24,000 nucleotides of DNA from Promethearchaeota archaeon. GTDB taxonomy: Archaea > Asgardarchaeota > Lokiarchaeia > Sigyniarchaeales > SOKP01. The position numbers and the translations under genes are program-made. The notes under the pieces are model-generated. The model ran no database searches, was not told where the DNA came from, and saw only the letters and a program-made list of their open reading frames with translations. The first letter of the stretch is position 1. Each line of letters opens with the position of its first letter. The stretch spans positions 385,767 to 409,766 of the forward strand of contig JAUWGH010000002.1 of assembly GCA_030606485.1 (NCBI GenBank), read 5' to 3'. Below are positions 14,490 through 22,125 of this stretch, one piece after another.

Positions 14490-15371
14490 ATGGAAAGACA
14501 AAAAGCTAAAGAAGTCCCAAAAGAAGAAATTGCTGTATCAGATGAAAAAATTGAAGAACTAAGGAAAGAATTAGAAGATCTAAGAAAAAAAAAAGAAATA
14601 AAATTACAAGCAGAACAAAAAAAGGTAAAGGAAAAAGTAGAACCAACAATTTCCATCGATTTAGATGATATAGAAAAAAGATTAGATGCTATTGAAGAAT
14701 TTCTTGAAGAAAAATCTCAAGCAACCGAGGTTATAATTAAAGCAAAAGATTTGGATGAGATTGAGAAAGAACTTCAGTCTATCGAAAGCGAAATTGTAAT
14801 TGAACCAAAGGTTATAGAAAAGGAATTAACTTCTTATGAAATATTAATTAAAGAGCATACATGGCTTGAAGAAGCTAGATATGAATATATGTTTTCTGCT
14901 CCAGATACAAAGAAAAATGCTAAAGATTATCAATCTTGGTTAATTGAGTGGAGCCAAGTAATTTATGATTATGCCCGAATATCGATATTGCACGTTCTCT
15001 ATATTAGAAAATTAAATGCTGAGAAACCATTTTCTAAACTACGCAATAGAGATGGCGCAATCGCTGCAATAGCTCAAAAATTAGTGGATCAAAATATTGG
15101 AGTATGGTTAAATAAAAAAAAAAAAGAAACATTAAGAATTTATTGGAAAACTTTAGATGAGTGGGCAGAAGAAATACTTAATTGGGCACGGGAAAACGGT
15201 AAATTAGAACCAATTCTAACTTTTGAAATTCGCGAGTCTGGGGAACTTTTTGCAGATTTGCCCAAAAGGGATTTAACACGAATATTTAAAAGATTAGAAA
15301 AAGAAGGCAAAGGAGAAGTAATTAAATCTGAAGAAGGAGATATTACTTTTAAAATAAATTTGAATTATTAA
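14490..15371 (+). CDS. ESCRT-II Vps25-like protein with a ~120-aa N-terminal E/K-rich coiled-coil extension
   Basis: Residues ~125-293 align by eye to human VPS25: YQSWLIEWSQVIYDYAR vs QLAAWCSLVLSFCR; LVDQNIGVWLNKKKKETLRIYWKTLDEWAEEILNWARENG vs LRKKGNLEWLDKSKSSFLIMWRRPEEWGKLIYQWVSRSG. It starts 29 nt after vps4, with AGGTG upstream. Confidence 0.85.
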   Translation: MERQKAKEVPKEEIAVSDEKIEELRKELEDLRKKKEIKLQAEQKKVKEKVEPTISIDLDDIEKRLDAIEEFLEEKSQATEVIIKAKDLDEIEKELQSIESEIVIEPKVIEKELTSYEILIKEHTWLEEARYEYMFSAPDTKKNAKDYQSWLIEWSQVIYDYARISILHVLYIRKLNAEKPFSKLRNRDGAIAAIAQKLVDQNIGVWLNKKKKETLRIYWKTLDEWAEEILNWARENGKLEPILTFEIRESGELFADLPKRDLTRIFKRLEKEGKGEVIKSEEGDITFKINLNY

Positions 15372-15440
15372 ATTTTAATTGAAATTCTTTTTTATAAATG
15401 CTTATTTGATTTACCTTAATTTTCAGATTCAGAAAAAACT

Positions 15441-15995
15441 TTATTTATTTGCTTCTTTCATGATATAGTGAAAGATACAGCGTTTCTTACCTGTAGCCTG
15501 ACGCTCTTTTAGGATGAGCTTTATATCTGGGTTGTATCCTTCAAGGATACAATAGTCCACATATTTGCAATAGATTTTGGCATAATCACCTAAACCCCAA
15601 TCTTCAGCGCCATTATAAAAAGTGCAATTTTTCACTTTTATAATAAAATCACTGTCTTCTATGCTCGCTATTGGTTTAAAGTTTTTTATTGAATCTATGT
15701 CTGAATATATTAACCAGTTCTTGAATGTTAAGGGTTTCCCCTCTGCTCTTACCCTTTCAGCAATTCTTTTTCCCCTTTCCCTTCCAAAATATTCCACAGC
15801 CTCCTTAAGGAGCGCCTCGCCATCTTCAGGTCCTAGCTTCTCGATTATAAATTTGGCAACACTAGAAAACAACTGAGAGGCTAAACCAAATCCCGGTGTC
15901 TGATATTTATCTCCAATCTCTATTTTTTGGGGGAGAACATCATCTAAATATTCGAAATCAAAACCTTTTTCATTTTCTCTTTTTAAATCATCCAT
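15441..15995 (-). CDS. L-2-amino-thiazoline-4-carboxylic acid hydrolase-like (ATC_hydrolase family) protein
   Basis: The C-terminal pattern C.F...AEDWGLGD...IYCKYVDYCILEGYNPDIKL...ATGKKRCIFHY resembles the remembered PF14196 pattern. Confidence 0.55.
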   Translation of the reverse strand: MDDLKRENEKGFDFEYLDDVLPQKIEIGDKYQTPGFGLASQLFSSVAKFIIEKLGPEDGEALLKEAVEYFGRERGKRIAERVRAEGKPLTFKNWLIYSDIDSIKNFKPIASIEDSDFIIKVKNCTFYNGAEDWGLGDYAKIYCKYVDYCILEGYNPDIKLILKERQATGKKRCIFHYIMKEANK

Positions 15996-16107
15996 TTCTT
16001 TTCAACATTATATTAGAAAACTTTATATAATTAATTAATGCAAAAATAAGTTATTTTCTTCCATCTTCTCTGCGTTTCTCTAAATTAGGGGTATTTCCTT
16101 TATTGAA

Positions 16108-16851
16108 CTAAGAGATCGAAGGAAAATACCACTTCTTTCCTCTTAAGTATGACTCATCTTTTTTGGCAAAACCACTGGCTTCTAAAGAATTTAATGCCCT
16201 CAATGCTCTTTCTTGAGACCATGATAATTCTGAGCATGCATCTTCTAAAGAAATAAAACCCTTTTCTGAAGCTAATGAAATTACTTTTGCCTCATCATCG
16301 GTATGTTGAATGGAGAAAAATCTAACTTCAATAACTCCATCATCAAGCTCCCGAATATTAGGAATTACTTTCCTTTTCTTTAAAAGATACATAGCTTTAA
16401 TTACATCTTCAATCTCTAAATGATTCATGAGAATACCTGTATTCACAATTTCAAATACGTCAGAGATCGGCATAATACCTCCAGTTTCTTCTTTTTCCAT
16501 TAAAACTCTTTGGTATGCTAACATACCTAATTTTTCATGATCAATTTTTCTCTTTTTTCTTAAGACGTCTATTTCTTCAATTCTTTCAGTAATAATTCGC
16601 GAAGTAGGAATATCAAATTTCCTCTGTAGTTCTTTAATTTCATCTCTTAATTCAGGATCTAAAGCAAGAATTACTCCGTGTTTGATTGCAATTTCTCTTA
16701 TTTTGTCTTTGGCAAATTCTCTTGTTTTTGCTTCTTCTTCAAGTTCTTTTTGCTTTAACTCAATGCCCTTCCTCTTCATTGCTTCTTTTAGATCAATATC
16801 ATCCTCTATTTTGCGAATCCCCATATAGTTCTCCGACTTTTTTATATGCAC
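16108..16851 (-). CDS. ESCRT-II EAP30-domain protein (Vps22/Vps36-like)
   Basis: The C-terminal tandem winged helix aligns by eye to human SNF8: GGIMPISDVFEIV.. vs GGLITLEELHQQV..; SLASEKGFISLEDACSELSWSQERALRALNSLEASGFAKKD vs QLAEKNGYVTVSEIKASLKWETERARQVLEHLLKEGLAWLD; ends KWYFPSI vs HYWLPAL. An alternative start is Met10 (16824). Confidence 0.88.
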   Translation of the reverse strand: MHIKKSENYMGIRKIEDDIDLKEAMKRKGIELKQKELEEEAKTREFAKDKIREIAIKHGVILALDPELRDEIKELQRKFDIPTSRIITERIEEIDVLRKKRKIDHEKLGMLAYQRVLMEKEETGGIMPISDVFEIVNTGILMNHLEIEDVIKAMYLLKKRKVIPNIRELDDGVIEVRFFSIQHTDDEAKVISLASEKGFISLEDACSELSWSQERALRALNSLEASGFAKKDESYLRGKKWYFPSIS

Positions 16852-16929
16852 TTACTTTTATTTTTTAATATTATAATTATTAAATAATAACAAGATTATA
16901 TTTTTTTTTCGCTTTATTAATTTAAGATA

Positions 16930-17514
16930 ATGCCCAATTATGAAGAAATTTTTCGAAAAGCAAATGAAAATGAAAAAAGAATTGTTAAAGATTCTCTATA
17001 TCATATCTCAAACAAGATTTGGAAATATATTCTTGAAGAGGAATATGAAATTTATATTAAAATCTCAGAATCAAGGCAAAATAAAAACACTCTTGAATTG
17101 TTTCTAATTCCCCAACAATTAGAGTCAGAAATTAATAAAATCAAAAAACTCGCAGCAATAAAATTTTCGGGAATTCCATTGGGGTTTATTAAAAATAAGC
17201 GATTGTTTTTAAGTTTAGAAGCGGCTGAATTATTTTTCAATTTGCACAAAATAGATCCTAGGAATATTTTAATCCTTAATGAAAATGGTGAAAAATCTGT
17301 ACTATATGGAAATCCAATAAAAAAAGCCATGATTTTAAATATTTCGTCAGAAATTCGGACAAATAAGATGGTTTTTTTGATCAATAAAAGTCAAGAGTTT
17401 CTCGGCCTTGGATTATTAAAGGTTAATTACGAGAATTTTAGAAAATTAAATAATAAAGATAATGTTGCATTAAATTTGGTTGATAAGGGTTCTTATTTGA
17501 GAAGAGATCAATAA
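16930..17514 (+). CDS. Nip7-like pre-PUA/PUA domain protein
   Basis: GIPLGFIKNKRLFLSLEAAELF..ILNENGEKSVLYGNPI..EFLGLGLL..LVDKGSYLRRDQ matches the remembered Nip7/UPF0113 C-terminal pattern (D.GeYLR.e). Confidence 0.65.
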   Translation: MPNYEEIFRKANENEKRIVKDSLYHISNKIWKYILEEEYEIYIKISESRQNKNTLELFLIPQQLESEINKIKKLAAIKFSGIPLGFIKNKRLFLSLEAAELFFNLHKIDPRNILILNENGEKSVLYGNPIKKAMILNISSEIRTNKMVFLINKSQEFLGLGLLKVNYENFRKLNNKDNVALNLVDKGSYLRRDQ

Positions 17515-17555
17515 TTACAAGAAGATTTAGAAATTAGAATTAGTGTAGTAGGTGT

Positions 17556-17735
17556 ATGAAAATTTTAAGAGAAGAAGATATTGAAAGAATAAAAAGTGAG
17601 GTTGAGCTAGAATTTTAAAACGATTTCGCATTACAACAAATCCATATTGCCAGGAAAATTATTACTAAAGAAGCGGAGATGAAGGGATTAAGTTATCTTG
17701 ATTATATCAAGTTATTAACTAAAGATAAATCTTAA
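17556..17735 (+). pseudogene. Small conserved-looking ORF (59 codons) with an in-frame TAA at codon 21 (17616-17618)
   Basis: GGTG lies 3 nt before ATG 17556. It reads MKILREEDIERIKSEVELEF*NDFALQQIHIARKIITKEAEMKGLSYLDYIKLLTKDKS*, coherent on both sides of the stop. Not in the track because of the stop. Confidence 0.4.
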
Positions 17736-18676
17736 ATTCGTTCTAATAGACAGTAAAAAAATCCCTCAGAATCGTGTATGTGAGGATACAACTTTTGAGA
17801 ATATTTTGTATCAGGATGAAAAATATATTTTTCAAATTTTTCTAGACCAGGTACTCCAATTTGGTCTTTTATTTTTAAAATTCTTACTCCAACATATTGA
17901 TTTAAAACGTCATTTAAAACCATTTCATTTTCTTCAGGTGCAATTGAGCAAGTGCTATATACCAGATGGCCTCCCTTCTTAAGGGAATCCAAACCTGAAA
18001 TTAATAATTTAGATTGAATTTTACTTAACTTCTTAATGTCTTCTAATGTTCGACTTGTCTTTCTTTTAGGATCTCGGCGTATTAGACCTTCTCCAGTGCA
18101 TGGCGCATCCAATAAGATTTTATCCGCCTTGATATCCATTTTTGGTAAATCTATAGCGTCTTGATTAATAACAATAGAATTATAAACTCCTAATCGTGAT
18201 AGGTTAATTTTCAATGCAGGAATCCGATTAACATTTTTGTCTATTAAGATTAGTTTTCCTTTATTTTCCATCAATTGAGAAATTTGAGTAGATTTACTAC
18301 CCGGAGCAGCACACATATCAATAACTGTTTCTCCCGGTTTAGGGTCTAATACATGGCAAGGAACCATTGAAGAAAAACTTTGTAAATAGTAATAACCCTG
18401 CAAAAATTCATGCAGTGAGCCTAAATTCATTGGACTTTTAATTACTTTAAATCCATAGGGTATCCAAGAGAGAGGCTCCAAAACAAATCCTTTTTTTTGA
18501 AGCCTATTGAGTAAATCATCAATCTTTATTTTCAATGTATTAATTCTTATCGTTGGAATAAGAGGTATCTCATTAGCTTCAAGTAATTTTAAAGTTTCTT
18601 CTTTACCCAAAAATTTTATGTACCTTTCAATCATATAGGGTAAATAACCATATTTCTTTGCAATTGAAATAATCAT
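17732..18676 (-). CDS. NOL1/NOP2/Sun-family RNA cytosine-C5 methyltransferase
   Basis: SAM motif DMCAAPGSKS, catalytic DAPCTGEG..RRDP and YSTCS motifs. Confidence 0.88.
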   Translation of the reverse strand: MIISIAKKYGYLPYMIERYIKFLGKEETLKLLEANEIPLIPTIRINTLKIKIDDLLNRLQKKGFVLEPLSWIPYGFKVIKSPMNLGSLHEFLQGYYYLQSFSSMVPCHVLDPKPGETVIDMCAAPGSKSTQISQLMENKGKLILIDKNVNRIPALKINLSRLGVYNSIVINQDAIDLPKMDIKADKILLDAPCTGEGLIRRDPKRKTSRTLEDIKKLSKIQSKLLISGLDSLKKGGHLVYSTCSIAPEENEMVLNDVLNQYVGVRILKIKDQIGVPGLEKFEKYIFHPDTKYSQKLYPHIHDSEGFFYCLLERI

Positions 18677-18748
18677 GATCTAATCAAGTCTAAATCTTAT
18701 TAACAAATAAAAATAAGATGTGGGAAAGAAAAAATTTTATCTATTATT

Positions 18749-20053
18749 TTAACACTTATTCTTTTTGATTTTATTACGAGCACTCGGTAAATATTTTTTT
18801 ATCTTTTTAATCCAGCCTAAGGGGATTTTTGTATTTTCGAAAATCGTTTTATTATCTGCTTCTTCTAATTGATCGAAATAAAAATAGCCATTTTTAATAA
18901 ATTGAGCTAATCTCTTAGTACCAAGATACTTTATACAATCTTTATATTTCCTTAAACTTAGCGTATGAATCAATTTTTCCGCCTGAGCCGGGAAATGGGA
19001 AATATACCATTTAAGATTTTTATCAGTAATTTCAATATAATCTTTTCCCAGTTGTTCGTCAGTATAAATATTAAAACCCAATCGTGCCAAGTTTTCTCTA
19101 ATTGTGGGAATATTTACATTTAATTTTTTTCTCAATTGAGTTATATCATATTTTTTTTCAATTGATGAAAGCTCATTAATGAATTTAAATATAAATTTAG
19201 TTTCAGGAGAACTTTCGATATTATTTTGAAAAAATTGAATTTCATTCTTAGAGTTTAAATAATACTCCTCTAATTCCCGATATTCATCAAATTCACTTGC
19301 AATCATTTGAAGGATATTTTTGATTTGACTCCTTTTTAAAACTCTAGATTCTTCTAATTCTTCAAACTCACTATCGATATTTTGAATTAAGGTTTTTATT
19401 TTTTGTTGAATATCTTCAATTCCATTATTTATTTTTTCTATACAATCATAAAGTTCATTTTTTGAAATAGAGTAAAGCCCATCTTCTTCTATTTTTTTAT
19501 TTTGAAAAATAGATGAGAAATGTTTAGAGAAAAAATCTTTACCCAAAACCAGTTGAGATATATTTTCATTTTCATTCTTTTTTAATTCAATATCTAATCC
19601 AATTTCAGATGACTCATATTGTTTAATCCTTTGGTTAAATGTATCTATGTTATTTACACTAAAAGTCCCTAAGATTAAATTAAATTCACCTTGATTGAGA
19701 TCGATAATATGATGATCTTCAACTATAGGAAGATTATTACTCCTTTCGATTAGAATGTTATATATCTTTCTTAATAAAATCATAAGGGGTAAAGTTTTGA
19801 AGCCATCGATTTTGATCTCATCATTATAAACACCATCCCATAACTCTTTATTTAAACTGAAATCAAAATTTATTCCTTCTAATTTTTCTATATTTTTTTG
19901 AAGTTCAAGTGAAATATTTTGAAATTTTTTTAAGTTTTCTCCTAATTCTTGTATCTGTGCACCCAAATTATGATTTAATAAATCCTTATCTACAAGAAAT
20001 TTTTCTACTTCTTTAAATTCCATAAAAAAATAGTCTAAATATTCGGTTTCCAT
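18749..20053 (-). CDS. Hypothetical coiled-coil protein with a possible C-terminal HTH (434 aa from ATG; track starts at TTG 20062)
   Basis: Long ORF, N/K/E/I-rich with heptad-like segments. The C-terminal NIPTIRENLARLGF is HTH-like. No family recognised. Confidence 0.6.
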   Translation of the reverse strand: METEYLDYFFMEFKEVEKFLVDKDLLNHNLGAQIQELGENLKKFQNISLELQKNIEKLEGINFDFSLNKELWDGVYNDEIKIDGFKTLPLMILLRKIYNILIERSNNLPIVEDHHIIDLNQGEFNLILGTFSVNNIDTFNQRIKQYESSEIGLDIELKKNENENISQLVLGKDFFSKHFSSIFQNKKIEEDGLYSISKNELYDCIEKINNGIEDIQQKIKTLIQNIDSEFEELEESRVLKRSQIKNILQMIASEFDEYRELEEYYLNSKNEIQFFQNNIESSPETKFIFKFINELSSIEKKYDITQLRKKLNVNIPTIRENLARLGFNIYTDEQLGKDYIEITDKNLKWYISHFPAQAEKLIHTLSLRKYKDCIKYLGTKRLAQFIKNGYFYFDQLEEADNKTIFENTKIPLGWIKKIKKYLPSARNKIKKNKC

Positions 20054-20244
20054 AAAAATCAAATAAGTTTTTTCTATTATTTTTACATATTATTCACATT
20101 CAGAAATTTTTATTGATATATTACGTGAATATTTTACATTTGAACAAAATACAAATAGTAGTATTTTATTAGTTTTATTATTAGTTATGAACTTAACTCA
20201 ATACATAATAGTTTTTATCAAGATAGAATTTAGGCAATTTATCA

Positions 20245-20838
20245 ATGTTTGAAGTAGAAATAAAAGTATTGTTGGAAAATAAAGAAAAAATTAAAAAAAA
20301 GTTAATTTTAATGGGTGGAAAATATATTCATTCACTTGAACATGAAGATACTTATTTTAATATGCCTAAAAAACTTAGAAACTTTTATAGAACTGATGAG
20401 GCATTAAGAATAAGAAAATCTATTGAATTTAATGCAAATAAAATTGAAGAAAAAAGAATTTTTGAATTTTTAACATATAAGGGACCAAAAGTTGATGATT
20501 TAACAAAAACGAGGAAAGAAATAGATTTTAAAGTGGAAGATGGAGAAAAATTAAAGGAGATTTTAAAAATCTTAGGCTTTAGAGAAGTATATACTATAAA
20601 AAAAGAAAGAGAACTTTTCGAAATTGAATACTATTCAGAAAAATTTGAGATATTATTTGACTATTTACCTGTATTAAATCAAAATTTTATGGAAATCGAA
20701 TGCCAAACTGAAAAGAAAAATGAAATAGCTCTAAAGAGGGATAAAATTTTTAAATTTTTAAAAAAATTAGATATAAGTAAGGACAAATCAATTAGGAAAT
20801 CATATTTGGAACTAGTTCTTGAAAAATTATTTAAATAA
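20245..20838 (+). CDS. CYTH-domain protein (CyaB/ThTPase-like triphosphate tunnel metalloenzyme)
   Basis: N-terminal MFEVEIK carries the ExExK signature. Also ALRIRKS, TYKGPK, and LFDYLPVLNQNFMEIE near the C-terminus. Confidence 0.8.
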   Translation: MFEVEIKVLLENKEKIKKKLILMGGKYIHSLEHEDTYFNMPKKLRNFYRTDEALRIRKSIEFNANKIEEKRIFEFLTYKGPKVDDLTKTRKEIDFKVEDGEKLKEILKILGFREVYTIKKERELFEIEYYSEKFEILFDYLPVLNQNFMEIECQTEKKNEIALKRDKIFKFLKKLDISKDKSIRKSYLELVLEKLFK

Positions 20839-20878
20839 ATCAAACTATTTTTAATAAACTATATAGATGAGAATTACA

Positions 20879-21496
20879 TTATAATAGTTCTTCTTTTAGT
20901 TTTGAATTGAATAAATCTACTATTTTCTTTTTCTCAAGAGCCATTTCTTTAGATTTTTTTAAATACAATTGTTCATTTAACTTCAGAATCTTTTCTTGCA
21001 GATGTTTTAAAACTCCATTTACACCCGTTCCATGATTTACTTGATAGGCAATTGTACGATAAATTCCAATTGCCCCGATTGCATCTAATTTATCAGCATC
21101 ACTCAGAATTTTTGCTTCAATCGTCTGAGGTTCAATTTTATTTGAAAAAGAATGTGCTCTAATGCAATGTATGATTCTTGAAATAATAGGAGAATTTAAA
21201 TTTATATATTGTCGCAAATATTTTTCTGCAATTTGAGCTGAAATTTCAGCATGATTTACATCCTTTTTAAGGTTTAAAAACAAATTATTATCATAATTAA
21301 TCCCTTCCAATAAACGACCAATATCATGAAGCAAAGTAGAAATTTTTACAATAAATGAATTACAATTCTCTGATTTTGATAAAACTTCAGCGATTTTTAG
21401 GACTCGTATCACATGGGGAAATCCATGAGTATCATCATCGGAATAATACTTTTTTACAAAATCCAATGTTCTTTGAAAAATTTGAGGTTGATCCAT
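20879..21496 (-). CDS. HD-domain metal-dependent phosphohydrolase
   Basis: HGFPHVIRV...LLHDIGR...DADKLDAIGAIG motifs. Confidence 0.8.
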   Translation of the reverse strand: MDQPQIFQRTLDFVKKYYSDDDTHGFPHVIRVLKIAEVLSKSENCNSFIVKISTLLHDIGRLLEGINYDNNLFLNLKKDVNHAEISAQIAEKYLRQYINLNSPIISRIIHCIRAHSFSNKIEPQTIEAKILSDADKLDAIGAIGIYRTIAYQVNHGTGVNGVLKHLQEKILKLNEQLYLKKSKEMALEKKKIVDLFNSKLKEELL

Positions 21497-21611
21497 TTAT
21501 TAGATATACAAAATTTTAAGAATATAATCAATAATTTTAATAAATTAATTTAATTTATTATTCTCAAGTTAATTTCTCTTGTTATTAAATTATTAATAAG
21601 TTAAGAATAAT

Positions 21612-21854
21612 ATGTGCTTAGCAATTCCCGGTAAGATTTTAGAGGTTAATGGTGATAAAGCCAACGTGGATTTTAATGGCGTTAAACGTGATGTCATCAT
21701 AGCCTTAGTAAAAGATGCAAAAGTTGGAAAATATGTTTTAGTTCATGCAGGTTACGCTATAGAATTATTAAATGAAGAAGAAGCTCAGGAAACTCTCAAA
21801 CTCTGGAAAAATATTGTTGAAGAAGAGCATTTAGATGAATCCTTATTCCTTTAA
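21612..21854 (+). CDS. hypC: Hydrogenase maturation chaperone HypC/HupF
   Basis: Signature N-terminus MCLAIPGKILEV and ..VGKYVLVHAGYAIE; 80 aa. Confidence 0.88.
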   Translation: MCLAIPGKILEVNGDKANVDFNGVKRDVIIALVKDAKVGKYVLVHAGYAIELLNEEEAQETLKLWKNIVEEEHLDESLFL

Positions 21855-21870
21855 TTTTTTATTAATTCTT

Positions 21871-22047
21871 TTATAGATTCATGGTGACAAAAATGAATAG
21901 AGGTTTTTTACCAACTAATTTAAGATTATCTTTTACAGATGCGTAAGTTGATGGTAATAAAACTAAATTCTCATTAGTTCCTTCAATTTTAGCCCTTTCC
22001 CTAATTAATAAAAATTTTATATATCTTAGCTTTTTAATTTTTGACAA
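21871..22047 (-). CDS. Small ORF (58 codons, TTG start only), degenerate paralog of 23799-23984
   Basis: Reads ..RERAKIEGTNENLVLLPSTYASVKDNLKLVGKK.. vs ..GEKTKIEGSGNNLVILSSWVSVKDNLDLKSK.. in the other copy. DNA similarity is visible at 21920-21990 vs 23865-23935. Below the track size cutoff. Confidence 0.3.
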   Translation of the reverse strand: MSKIKKLRYIKFLLIRERAKIEGTNENLVLLPSTYASVKDNLKLVGKKPLFIFVTMNL

Positions 22048-22125
22048 AAATGCATAAATTTAAATATTAGATTAATATAATTAATAATATTATCAGTATT
22101 ATAATTATTAAAAATAAATTCTAAT

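Noticed and set aside
14984-14997. Perfect palindrome AATATCGATATT inside the Vps25 gene, and cgatatttg at 5413-5421, as extra copies of the element's palindromic half-site
   Set aside because: They share only the AT-rich arm and lack the GGC core, and they lie inside coding sequence. They are most likely coincidental.
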